The translations under genes and the position numbers were made by a program. DNA of 64,000 nt from Phoronis australis (Eukaryota; Animalia; Phoronida), in the NCBI GenBank assembly GCA_002633005.1, contig NMRA01000110.1:519850-583849 (forward strand), in the 5' to 3' direction. Of this stretch, positions 1-14,000 are shown piece by piece (position 1 is the stretch's first letter; each line of letters begins with the position of its first letter). A model generated the notes under the pieces. That model did no database searches, was not told the DNA's origin, and saw nothing but the letters and a program-made list of their open reading frames with translations.

Positions 1-633
1 GATCAGATTCAAAATGAAAACAATTCTAGACACTGTGCGTTTTGCACTGTTCTTCAAAATGCTGTTGACTTAGTCGAACTTTTGCTTGTGGGTTTGTCAA
101 ATGTTATGACCAATTGGATTTTTATGTTAGTAAAGACAATGAAATGGAAACAACAGTTTAGAAAACTGTAACTGCGTTTTTTTGAGATTTCATCTTAAAC
201 ATTTGTATCAAAAAGAAATTTGGTCATGTTATTGTTAAAATCCTTTTGTTATAAATGACTTTTTTTCTTTTTTTTGGTTAATTTTTCTAAAAAGACGTCA
301 AAAGACCATCTACTAGTGAAATAATTTTTGTAATGTTTCTACTTTGCTTCAATATGTACTTTGACAGAGTTTAATTAATAGTTCTGAAGATTTTGGCTAA
401 AATCACAGACTTGTCAGAAGGGTTACACATAACAAGTACTCATAAAAAGTGGAAACAGGCTAAAGAAATTAAGTAGATAACCTTAAATTTTAATGAACTG
501 AACTACAAACTTGGAGCTTGGACTTTTTGACATAGTTGTGATGGGACTTGATTAAAAAATTGAGTATCATGCGTTACGTATTGTGTTATGTTGACCAGGT
601 GTATCATGTCTTACCTTGTGTTATGTTGACCAG

Positions 634-3600
634 GTGGGAGAAGGATGGGTTGGAGGCCATGTTTAAAGATGATGGAAAGGACGTGGGTGTTGACGAAGTG
701 AAGAAGATGCAACATCATGTGGGAGTGAACCAGATACTGGACGTATTGGAACACAAGTATAATATGATCCGGGAGAAATTGTTCTGGGACATGCTGCAGA
801 ATCAAGGTACATGTGAACGCAAACAATGCATGTATTAAAATTAACTTTAAATTGTTTACCCAAGTGCCTCCTTATTGTAGTTTATTGTGAGTTTGCTAAA
901 GCCGACTAAGATTAAATTGCTGACTTAAGGCTTATCTCAGATTTCATAAACTGCCATGACAAGGCAGGTGCTAAGAGTCTGTTGATTAACATCCAGTGAT
1001 GTGTTTTGGTGTTATTACATTAGTATCAAGTCGTATCTGGTTCCACGTAGTTGTTGATCATATGCTTGGTGGTTGTACTCCTTCAGAGGACGGTATGTGG
1101 CCATCCCTGCATGAGACAGAGAGAATGGAACAGTTCAGTCAGCTACAGATCCAAGTGAAACACTTGCGCAAAGATGGTACACTGGACAAACACAGCGGTC
1201 GACTGCCCGGGGCTCTGTATAGTCAAGAGGAGTCACTCTATGGTAATCAATCATACAATAGTATCTTACTTATTCAGTGTTCTAGCCAGCAGTGGAAGAT
1301 GATGGGGGGATTTCAGGTCTTGTGTAGAACAGAGGAAATGGCTGTGTGTGCCTGGAGAGTTTGTCTAATTATTATATCTTATTATTACCTGGTTCTCCTG
1401 AGCTCAGAGCATGGAGAACCAGATGTTTGTATGCTACTATTGTATTTTATACATTGGTATATTTAGTGAAACGTGTCTGTTCAATTGTCTTAGCCCCTGG
1501 AAGACCGTGTTACGTAATCGAACACATGAAGATTGTGTAGGGCTCTACAGGCCAACAAATTTGGCAAACTTTGGAACATCATATCTCAGAAATGACTGAT
1601 TGGATTCTCCTGAAACTTTTAGATGCTATACTTTATGCATTGTTCTTCAAATTACATTTAGGAATTGTTTTTATATTAAAAATTATGTACTTTTGCATGA
1701 AGGGCTATCAAAAACAGGAGTGAAAATTCTTCTAAATTGTTTAAAGCGATTTGATTATATTTTTAAAAATGTATAACATTGTTTTTAAGATTTCACCTTA
1801 TTATCAAGCGGCATTTAGTCACGTTGTTTATACCATTGTTTTGCTATAATTTCTTCTTGGCCTAAAATGACATAGTCACATGATCACATGGTCACATGAT
1901 CCAATTGATGTTAGAGTAGAATAAAGTCAAAAATCTTATACTTACCAGTTTTAGAAAATAATATACTTTTACGGAATAAAAATTAATACATAACTTTTTT
2001 AGACATTAGGCTGATGGCACAAAATTGTGCATAAAGTCTGACATAACCTTAATGTTAACGCGAGATTAAAAGTTGTGTAACAGACTTGAATGAAGGTTCA
2101 CTGTCATACCTTTTTAGCATTGATGGGCGAGCCAGTGTCGGTACACTTGGCCAGGAAACAAGAGCTCCTTCAAGAACAGATTGAACTGAAGACGGAAGGA
2201 AAAAGTGACGAAGAGATAGACAGAATAGTGGAACAGAAATACACACTGGATATGCAAGGTCTGATAATCCACTCAATTAGATTTACCCATACTGAACACA
2301 TAAAGAATTACAGAGTTTCACAATATGCCATGTCCTTTTGTCTGCTGATACTTTGTCTTGTACCCATACTGAACACATAAAGTATTACAGAGTTTCACAA
2401 TATGCCATGTCCTTTTGTCTGCTGATACTTTGTCTTGTACCCATACTGAACACATAAAGTATTACAGAGTTTCACAATATGCCATGTCCTTTTGTCTGCT
2501 GGTACTTTGTCTTGTAGCCACTTTATGGTTTTGCTTCAGGCAATCATTGGAGAGATATTACTATAAATAGTTTGTAAAGATTGCCTGCATTGTCCGGATT
2601 TGATATAATATGTGTACAAGGATTTCCACTTTGTTATAATATTGCTGGTCTCTGACATAAGCCACACTTTTCATTTGCACATGGCTGGATAATGTTTAAT
2701 TTAATTATTTAATTAAAGGGAAAGAAAAAAATCCATTACAGGTTACGTAACTCTGTTACCACTCGGATGGCAAATTGAATTATTGTGAGACTACCGAGCT
2801 GAGATTGTGGGCTGGTACTAGCTTTTTTTCCTTCGAACAAATTCTTCTCGATTTAGATCGCGTACTGTTTATTGATACGTCTCTCGTGGAAAATACTGCC
2901 ATTCCGTCATTGCTTGAGACAAGGCTCAGTAAGTGGGTCGTTTCACGTCCATGTGACAGTCATGTGACATTTGTTCCCAAGCACAGGAATAACGGAATTT
3001 GGGTTAAAAACAAGTCAACACCTGTGGAGTATGTACTGGGCATTCTTTATGATCACTAACAATTAAATTGCAAACCGTAGTATTCAGTCATTTACAGATT
3101 GCTAATGAATTTTTAATCTCACCACAAGTTATGTAATCCTTTGTTTCTCTTGTCATATTTTTGTGTAATAACAACTAATTGTAATTTCAGGTTCAAAAAC
3201 CTGTGACAAGTTGCTGATTGACTTGGAGAAGAGATATCGCATTGATTATGACACATTACTGTCCAAAATCAAGTCATCTGACAAGTTGACACGCCCCCAG
3301 TTGGTCACTGAATACTGTCTGTTGATAAGGCAACTACTGACATTGGAGGCGGAGTCACAGTTTACCACGGCAACTGTTGCTGTGGGGTTGGCTGAGAGGA
3401 ACCAGGAAGTAAAGAGTGGAAGGTTTGTATAATGATAGTCTATGTTTGTGGTCTTCATGCGTTGTACAACGGGATATTCTCCACACAGAAAACTAATTTC
3501 ACGTAATATCCACGAGTGATAAACATTCCTGTTCCTATAAGCAGGATTCTTGTCTTCAACTAAATTTGAGGTTGAACAAAGCACCTGTTACTCGCACTTT

Positions 3601-5051
3601 TTATTCCAACCTGTTTCACTTCCTTCTTAGATTTGAGCACGATCGTCGTCGACAGGAAAAGCTAGCATCATCTAGACTGTCTATGAAGTCACAGGCGGGT
3701 CTCAATCTGGACTCGCACGACAAAGTGAGGGATCTTGGGATTGTTGACCTTCAGCTGGAGGTTGCGCGAGAAGTCTTCAGCAAATACTCCAATGAAAGAC
3801 AGGTTAGATTTTCCGTAGTGGCATTTGCTGTAATGATATCTAGTGCGTCACAGTTCTGTGTGATGTTTTTTATTTTTTTATATTGTGTGATGCTGATTCT
3901 AAACTATAAGTGTAATACTATGAAGCATCTTTTGCATTCATTTGTAAGGATTTTTTAATTCAAATTTGTCAATTTTCTCCGAGATTAGCCCTTTCTTTTA
4001 CTTTGAAAGACATTGTCATCCTCAACCCCCCAAAGCCATTATGTGTTTTCTTTCAAAAGTCATCGATGTGTTAAAATTGTGTATTTTAGGTTCTGATTCA
4101 AATACTAAAGGACTGTAAGAGTGCCAAGTCGACTGCACACAAAATGACATCCAAAGAAATGGACAAAACACTGATTCGACTGCGAAGTCAGCGAGACAGC
4201 TGGAGAGAAAGTGTGTCTGAGTACAAATTGGCTCAGAAGGCGAACCATACAAAAATACTGCAGTCAGGTGTGTTGGAGGGCAGTGTTATCACCACCTGTC
4301 AAACCTTTTCTATTGTAAATTATAAGCTCTGCTTCAGTTAACCCATAATGAACATTCTGTCAGCTTATGTTTGTTAAGGTCAAGATATGACCAACAGTTC
4401 CCCAAAATAATTTGCAGTAACGAATCCACAATAACCACCAAGCTTATAAGATAGTGATTATATTTAGTTGAGATTTTTATTCACTGGATCTGTTTTTTAC
4501 ACAAAATTACACACAAAAGAGCACTCAAAATGTTTTCCCTGTACCTTTGTCAGAATTCCCAAACAGGTAGTTACTACACAGTCAGGCTTTGCAAAGTGTT
4601 GAATTTACTGTTAGTATTGTGAGTCAGTGCCGAGTGTTACTATGATCAAGCCTACTTCCTAAATGTGGCTTTTATAGAACATATAGCAACAGGGCAGCAT
4701 TCTGTAGATGTCAGAATCTCACAAGACTTTGCATGACGTCATCATGTATTAGAAATGAAGCCCACGATCACACTGACTAGCTTGTTTGTGCGACTGTTTC
4801 GTATCTACGACACACACCACAGTTCACACATTTCACCTTTATCACTGTTATTGTATACAGAGAGTTCTCTGTGCTTCTTACATATTACCCTTCTCCCAGG
4901 TGTTGGTATATACTATGAGCGGCAGAGGCAGGAAATGACCAAGCAATACCCACAATGCTCTGAACAGGCCATTAATACATCAATCTTGGCAGACTTGCAA
5001 CAGATACAAGACCGCAAGTTTGAGCAAATCATCAGAGACATGCAGAACAAA
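634..5051 (+). CDS. Repeat module A of giant gene (7 exons, ~400 aa in window)
   Basis: Contains VLEHKYNMIREKL, WPSLHETERM, VGLAERNQ...R|FEHDRRRQEKLA and ends ILADLQQIQD...MQNK at a phase-0 donor (5051). Confidence 0.85.
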
Positions 5052-8000
5052 GTGAGTGATACTGTGAGGTCTTTGTTTACTTGTCAAATGGAAGTTGTAT
5101 CGTATCCTCTGAATACCAAAAAGGAATTTTACATTTAAATCTAGTATGTTTTAGTACTTATTAGCAGAAGTCCACTCTGGTATTGATTACTGGCCACTTG
5201 ATACAACAGTCTCTTCATGGAGGACACTGTCAAAAGTATTTCTACCACTTTATCATAAGTCGTCCACAAATGTCAGTTGTGCGAGACTACATCATAGAGA
5301 TGAAGAAAAGAACGAAAATATATCAATAAGTCATTAGAGAAGCAGTTTTCATCTTGATTAATTTTGCAGTTGTCGCTGTGGTAACTGCATACTCGGTGAA
5401 ACATGTCTTTTGAAAAGTTTGTGCATTCTGTTTCAATTGGTTGTCTGGCACAACAAGTAAGTCAGGATTGGGACATTTCAGTTATAGCTTTCTCACAGAA
5501 CCTCAGTTATGGGTGACAAATTCTATGTAAATATGAACAAATTAGCAATCTTGTTGTTAATAATATGTCACTCTTCTTAGTTTCAAGTGTGGTACAAGTG
5601 TTTATGTCCTTACAGTCTGCTGACGAACTTCTTGTCTTGAGACGGACGGAGCAACAAGAACGGGTTGAAGAATATTATGACAATCTGGCATCCTTGACCT
5701 TGGGTTCTGTGGACTGCACAGAGGAAGAGAAGGTATACCTGAGCGCCCTCGATGAGAAGTACAGTGAACTACGTGACAAGCTGTTGCTTCATGCTTTGAG
5801 TGTACACCATGGGCCACGCTGGAGAGGACTGGCAGAGGAGGAGAAACAGAGACAGGTAGGAAATGTTGGAGAGTAAGCTATTGAAATAGTCAACCATGTA
5901 GGAGAGAGACAGTGTAAGCTATTGAATTAGTCAACCATGTAGGAGAGAGTGTAAGCTAAGGATATAGTCTACAATGTATGAGAGAGTGCAAACTAGTGAA
6001 ATAGTCTACAATGTATGAGAGAGTGCAAACTAGTGAAATAGTCTACAATGTATGAGAGAGTGCAAACTAGTGAAATATTCAACAATGTATGAGAGAGTGC
6101 AAACTAGTGAAATAGTCTACAATGTGTGAGAGAGTGCAAACTAGTGAAATAGTCTACAATGTATGAGAGTGTGCAAACTAGTGAAATAGTCTACAATGCA
6201 AGAGAGAGTGCAAACTAGTGAAATAGTCTACAATGCAAGAGAGAGTGCAAACTAGTGAAATAGTCTACAATGCAAGAGAGAGTGCAAACTAGTGAAATAG
6301 TCTACAATGCAAGAGAACAAGCTTCAGAATAAAGTCAAACACAGTCTTGGAAGTTGGGAGGTATGCAAAGGAATGCTACTGCAATGTTGTCATGAAAATA
6401 ATGAAATGGGTACGAGATTGGAGTCTAGATTAAGGAAATAACACGTAATATAATAAAATACACAAATCACTGAATACCACAAAATAAGATGAGCTGCTAT
6501 GAAATGTTGCTTCTGTGTGTGAAAGGGTTGAATGATTGTACCTCCAAGTGTTGGGTATGGAGTAAGACTCTTGAGTATTGTGGTGTAGAGTTGTAAGTTT
6601 TTAAATTCTTTAGTATTCACTTTGTTTGCACATCTAAAGATCAGCGCAATGTTTAAATTTCATTGTTGTTTGTCTAGCTCATCAAAAAACGCCAAGAGGA
6701 GAAACGAGTTCGCCAAGATGGCAAGTTTGAAGAGATGGAGGTAATCCTTGGCTCAGTTGCTAAGGAGATCGACCTTCACTCTCTAGTGGGTGACAACCGT
6801 GGGGAGTATATGCAGAGGCTGAAAGAGCAGGTGAGGACATATAGCACTAACAGATGGCGCCGTAAGCAAGGATTCTTTAGTGAGACAAGGACGTGTCAGA
6901 GTGTGTAAAACTGATCAGGAAACAAGTTTTTGAATGTATAATCTGGTTCATGACTGTAAACATCAACTCTGTTAAAGGAGAACATCTGGACTAAAGAAAT
7001 ATCTGATAATTGGTTTAAAGGTGCATCACTCAAAAGTGGGTTGGATTGAAACTAGTTATCAATGTTGAATTATTTTGTATTTCAGAATTGTTTCTCAGTA
7101 AGTAAATTTGAGAGAACCTTTCTGTCTTGCTGTTTTCAATTATTTTTATTCCGTATGTTAATTTTTGTTCTGAGTAAATTGAAATATGATTCACAGCTTT
7201 GCATGCTTCACTCTGTTGCTGAGGAGACCTCCCGAGTAGTGAGGGGTCCTCCCGAGTAGTAAGGGATCCTTCCAGAGTAGTGAGGGGTCCTCCTGAGTAT
7301 TGAGGGGTCTTCTCGAGTAGTGAGGGGTCCCTCCCGAGTAGTGAGGGGTCCCTCCTGAGTAGTGAGGGGTCCCTCCCGAGTAGTGAGGGGTCCCTCCCGA
7401 GTAGTGAGGGGTCTCTTTCCCGATTAGTAAAAGGGCCTCTACCGTTTAGTAAGTGGACCTTTGCCGATTAGTGATGGGACCACTGTCCAGTTGGGAGGGA
7501 ACCTCTGCCGAGTAGTGAGGTGAACCTATCCTGATTAGTAATGGGACCTCTGCCGAGTTGGGAGTGGACCTCTGCTGGGTAATCAGAGGACTTTGCAAAT
7601 AATTAGGGGACTTCTGCAAGTAATGAGGGGGACCTCTGTCGAGTAGTGCGGGGACCTGTGCTGAGTAGTGAATGGACCTCCACACAGTAGTGAATGGACC
7701 TCTGCCCAGTAGTGAGGGGACCTCTGCCCAGTAGTGAGGGGACCTCTGCTCAGTAGGGAGGGGACCTCTGCCAACTAGTAAGGGGAGCTCTGCCTGTTAA
7801 TGAGGGGACCTCTACCCTGTTGTGAGGGGAGTTCTACCCAGGAGTTGGAGAACCTCTGCCAAATGGTAAGGTACCCTGTGCTGGGTAGTGAGGTGACCTG
7901 TGCTGAGTAGTGAGATGACCTCTAGCATGGCATGCTGGGAAAGCTTCTGCTCTCCTTTATTAATTTATTTCAAATATATTTTTCTCACTGACAGCAAATG

Positions 8001-11000
8001 AACATAATATTACAAACATATTTGGCACTGACAGCAAATGAACAGAATCAGTCAACTGAGAGTTGTTAGCTTAATTTGTTTTTTTTTTCTTAAATTTGTT
8101 TACATTTTACAGCTTGGCATGTTTTGATATCTTTTCACCTTTTTAATCTTTTATAACGTATTACTTGGTATTAAATATTGGTTGATAAAAGCTGTTCTGC
8201 ACTGATTTAAAACCCTTAATGCCACATGCCTTGTCTAACAGTGAAATCTTATGATGCAATGCAAGTTGGAGAGCACTCTCTGCTATGCAGTGCACTAATC
8301 ATTTACCACTGAATGAATAGCCCTCTTGTATTGCCAGTCTCTGTATGGTGTATTGCAGTTCAGAAACGCGATGTCTGTTCATTTACATAGCATTACTTGT
8401 TGCAATATTTGGTATGTTATTATTGTTTGTTTTACACAAGGTCTTGTCTTTGTGTCTGTGTTGTATTTAACTTTTGTCTCAACAACAATGGAGACTGTAA
8501 ATACAAACATTTAGAAGACATAGTTTGCGTTGTCAATATTTGGAAATGAAATGTTGATAGAAAAAGTCTCACTCCCCTGCCCTCTGTTGTCAGTTAGTGT
8601 TATCAATATTTGGAGCACTACTCTATCTATTGCTTTGTGTTGCCAGTTCTCTAGAGAGGAAGCTCTGCTGGCCACTGGTCACAAGGTGTCGGAGACTGAA
8701 TATGAGGAGACAGTGGCTGTCCACTCCATCAACCCTCTAGCCGATGTTCAGCATCGCTACTTTGAGGAGTACGAAGCTCTGGTCACTCTCTTGCGGTCGC
8801 CCGAGATGCAGCAAATGAGTCAGAGGGAGAAAGAGATGTTACTTGTCCACCTGACGCTTGAGAAGATGGTGATTGCCAGGGGGGGTGACTTTAGGGTCGC
8901 CGCGTATGGACTGGGACTGATGGAGCGAGTGGCTGTGGCACCTACAGGAAGGTAAGAGCATTATGGGAAGTGCTTGGTGATTTAGTGGAGTTGTTTGGTT
9001 AAGTGCATTATGGTACCAAGTTTTAATGAGAGTTGGTAATGGTATGCTGATATGATTGGTGCATAGAGATCTGGATTGATGTAGATTTGAAGGTAGGGAC
9101 ATGATGGGAAATAATTTGTTGAGTACATGTAAAAGTAGGGCATGTATTGCGGGAGGAAGTTAAAATTCACTAGGTATTGCAAGTGACGTTCCCACAGAAA
9201 TGTCTTCATTCAGGAAAGTCGCTTGTGTCTGCAATAATGCTACTGCTCCTATACTGCAATACTGCTCTACTTTTAGTCTGTCACTTGGCGAAACAGGTTG
9301 AATATATTTAGTCATTATCATCACCCAGTCTACCATTAAAATCTTAGAATCACTGCAGACTAGAGGAAGATTGATGTGTCTTTGTATTGGAACTATAATA
9401 CTGTGGTTTCAAATTAGATAAAGAGTGGGCTGTTAAAGCGGATTGCAAAATGTTGGACGTTAACGTCTTATAATCAGTATGCGTGGTATGATCAAATGAT
9501 TTACTGTGGGGTAGTCACGTGACTTACATACCTGGATATAAATTGTTCAACTCGATTCTTTATTTTTCTCTCAGGCATTCCAAGGACATCAGTCGACAGA
9601 CTGAGTTAGCCAAGTTGAGGATAGAGTTGAGAAGGGAACATGTCATGATGGGCCGTAAGGTGCCGAAGGAACTGGATGATCATACCACACCTGTCCCAGG
9701 TGAGACAATTATGTAGTTAAGGTTGTAGGAACATGTCATGGTGAGTCTTAAGGTACTGAAGGAATTTGGGGCTCCTGTGGAAGGCACATGTTTCTAGAAT
9801 CACACACAGTCTGACACTGAGTCAAGTGACCGTGGAATTCATCCACTTTGTGGTTGTTCGCAGTTGTTTATGCCTGCGTGTTATCTCTCTCTGTAGGAGA
9901 CCTGCTAGCCTGGGAGCACAGTATTGTGAGAGAGCTGTGCAAGAAACACGCTGAGGAGTGGGAGGTGTTGCTGTCCATTCTGATGGACCCTGGTCTGGAT
10001 GAACTAAGGTCAGTGGCTGAGACTATGTCTGATGATGAGATACACACACGGCTTCAAGAGTTAAGGAACAAGAGGAGATGGCTGGATATTGAAGAACCCT
10101 GTAAGTTGAGGAACCTTCTGGTTAATGTTGATATTGTTGAGGAACCCTGTACATTGATATTGACACAGATCTTATTCAGGATTCCTGTCGTCTATTGTTA
10201 ATAATATTGTCAAGGACTCTTGTTGGTTGATGTCTATAAGTTTAAACTCTGTAGGTGAATATTGATTTTAATATTATGTAACTCAGATGTTATTGATATT
10301 ATGATATTCTAGCATGTTGAAGATTGTATTTGTGTCTCTATAATTATGTACACATTCTTATGTGTTATCTCCCTTGTCATTGTCTGAGCAGCAAATAGAG
10401 ATGAAAACACAAGTATCTTGGAGGAAGCGTCAGCTATCTGCAGTGTGCGTAAGAAGAAGGTGTATGGTGCATCGTCTTATGATGAGGTCACCGTGTGGTT
10501 GTTGACGGAACTACAGGATGAACAGGACAAAGAGACGGCAGTACTCCTTGAGAAACTGGCTGAGAAGGTAACATACATCATGAAGTAGATGATGGGTAGC
10601 AGACGACGCGTAGCAGACGACAGAAGTTGTACAATGCATTTTTTCTGCTGATTGTTGCATGTCTTCAACAAAGTGAACGACTGCCATGTGATACTTGATA
10701 CTGTCATGTCATTGTTATTGTTCATTATGTAAATGTTATGGAAATGGCTCTGACTTAGTTTGAATTCATTGGATATTCTTTGAAGATTTAAAGAATACAT
10801 GTGTTGGTATTGCAGACGGAGGCTGAGTTGGAGAGCTGTCGTCAGGATCACATTGATGCTCGTCACTGGGGGTCGGCGGATAACGTACTGGCAGTGGTCA
10901 CTCGGTACTTGGGTGAGGCATCAGACCATGACTTGCTAAAGGTGAGTAAAAGGGCTATTATAGCCACCTCAGTGACACCTGTCACTTTGCCAGGTTTCAA

Positions 11001-14000
11001 ACACTCATTGTCTTCAGCATTGTTTTACAATTCATTGAATCAGATATGAGCTTTTGAAATTCAAAAGAGGCATTGATAATTTATAGCATTTATCATCACT
11101 GTACGACCCACATTACAGAAGCATAGATTGTCTTTTGGTTTCATTTTTTTTGCATTTGCCATTAATAGTCTGCATATTATGACCAAAATGTGAGACAAAA
11201 TTCATTTAATGGATGTTTAGCAAACAAGATTGTAATCTGGTCTCCAATTCTTTCGAAATGAACGCTATGTGGTGTACTTGCACCAAATCATCACTTTTCC
11301 ACCTCCAGGCTCTAGAGAACAAGTATGATAGTCTGAAAGATAAGTTACTAGCAGAGGCTTTGATGAAACAACTCGGGGAGGCCAACTGGAACCTGCTGAG
11401 TGAACAGGAGAGACAGAGGCGTATACTACAGCTCAAGTTACAGGAGAAACGACTACGGAGAGAGGGTATGTGGTCTGCGGAGAGAGGGTATGTGGTCTGC
11501 GGAGGGAGGGTACGTGGTCTGCGGAGGGAGGGTACGTGGTCTGCAGAGGGAGGGTACGTGGTCTGCGGAGAGAGGGTACGTGGTCGGAGCCAACGGGCTT
11601 TGTAGGCAGTTGGGATTGATACGCTACTTCTTCGTTAGCTTGCTTTTGGAAGGGGGAGGAGTGTAGTGACTGCTGGAATTAAAGGGAAGTAGTTACTGAA
11701 GAATGGAATTTTTTCCCATGATGTCGCATATTTTCTAACATTGATTAATTTGATAAGAAGGTATCTATGAATGAAAATTATACTGTCTTTTTGATTTTTC
11801 TTGTTTCAGGGTACACTTGATATAGAATTGGTTGCATTATTCTTCATTATTTTTTGTATAGAAACAAACACTGCTAGTAATTTTCAACTGAACTTTTCTG
11901 TCTGCTCAGACAAACTCAGAATTCTGATGGTAAATGTTACCCGGCTGCCTTGTAAGTAGTACTACTATGTACTCTACTCTGTATGAACTCTACTCAGTTC
12001 CCTCAGTTGGTAATGGACGATTTTTGTTGTAGATTACTGACAGATCAAAACACAGCAGATGTAATGGCAATATTAAAACCTTTTGCGGAGATGTCTTGGC
12101 TAAACATGTTAAAGACCTTTCACCTAGAAGGTTAGGTGCACGTTTTATTTGTATTCACTTTTTTCATTTCTCATTGAATCTATTACATAACCATTTCTTT
12201 GATTATTCAGGTAACATGAATGAAATTGCGCGACTTCTTGGTGATAATGCGGAGAATGCTGAGCGACTACGTCAACTATTTGGAGACAATCGAGCTGAGT
12301 ATGAGCGTAAACTTCGCGAGCGAATCGCTCGGCAACAGAAGAGGATTGAAGAAGGTATGCTTAATGAAGCATATGACACATTGTGGGTAAATTACATTTA
12401 AAGTGACATGTGAGAAGTTACATCATGTTATCTGAAAGTAAACTAACGGATTACTTAATAATTGCTTAATTACGTTTCATACATGTGTGTGTGACTGTTC
12501 TTTTTGAGTTGAATTAAATGTTCTTTTGTTTGAGTATTATGTTATGCATTCAAACAGTGTAACACATAGCCTCACTTATAATGTGCACTCAGTTATGGCG
12601 CTGTATTCCACAAGTCCTCCACCAACTGGACTGTATATAGTCTGATATAGTTAGGGCCATATTATTCTATATTATGTTTTCCAGTTATTAAGCAGACAGC
12701 AGGTTTGATGTTCTGTTTGTCATGTCAGACGTACCTATCTTGGTCCAGTATTTGCAGTAGTTTGAAATGTGGCCACGCTCATTAAGAAACCTTCTGCTTT
12801 ACTTTAAAGGTTTGGATCCAGATGAAGATGAGGAAGACAGTCTTCCTGAAGAGGAGGACCTGACCTCTGGTGGTGACCCTCTCAATGACCTTAACAAGCG
12901 ATTTGAAGATGAAAGAGATGCTTTACTGGCCAAGCTCAGAGGTACACGCTTATTATGTTTGTGTTTGTGTTTGTGTTGCTACTCTGTAAGAGTGTAATCA
13001 TGAGAGTTCCGTCAACAACCAGTTATATTCAGAAATTATTTTCTGAATATTACTCTGTTTTAGATACCAATAACCAGTTATATTATATTCAGGTGTTATT
13101 ATTTACTCGACATTATTCTGTTTCAGGTGCCAACAACCAGTTCTTGAGTGAGAAGGAACGACAGGCAGAACTTATTCGTCTTCGCCGTGAAAAGCTGCTC
13201 GCTGATCGTGAGAGTAAGTTTGAAGATGCCGCTCTACTCATTGGTTTAGCTGAGAGACAACAAGCTGAAGCTAATGAGAGGTATGTTGAGAGGAGGCTGG
13301 CGCTTTACTTGATCCTTTCACAGATCTATTAACAATTACATGTTATGTAACGTTTCATAATGACCACACTGTTATGTGTTTTCTAATGTATTCCAAAAAA
13401 AAGAACGTTCTCACTGACTTAAATTTGTTTTCAATTTTGTTGAAAATAATCATGTTTGTAACTATTTTAAGTTTTTATGTTCTAATCTCTGTGTTATACA
13501 TTCATCTAACCGAGTGAACTTAAGTAACTTTTTGTGTGTTTTTCCTAAATTTATTTGGACTATTTATTGATGTGTGTCATAACCTTGACCTTACTTTTAT
13601 TGTGCAACCTCTGTTATCAACACATTGGCAATTTTACGAGACAGTTTATTGATGAACTGTTGAATGTCCGTGCTTGTAACTTGGAGCAAAAAGTTTGGGT
13701 TGTTTGAAAATGTTAGATTGTCCCCAGATGGCGTTGTTTCAATTCTATTTGTAGTGATGTCACAAATTCACAATTATTACAGTCATAGTGTCATGTGTAG
13801 GCAGGCATGTGGCTCTACAGATAATTTGACCTCTCTACATAGTGTTTTGGCGCTGTGTTGATTGGCTTTAAATAAAGATCAGCATAATAATGTTTCTCAC
13901 ACAAAAAGAATGACTCCATTCATTCTGCAGTGATCATGCGCATCTGCTGATTGTTAGTTTGTCACCTTGAAACCGTATTATTGTCTTTTGTGTTGAAACA

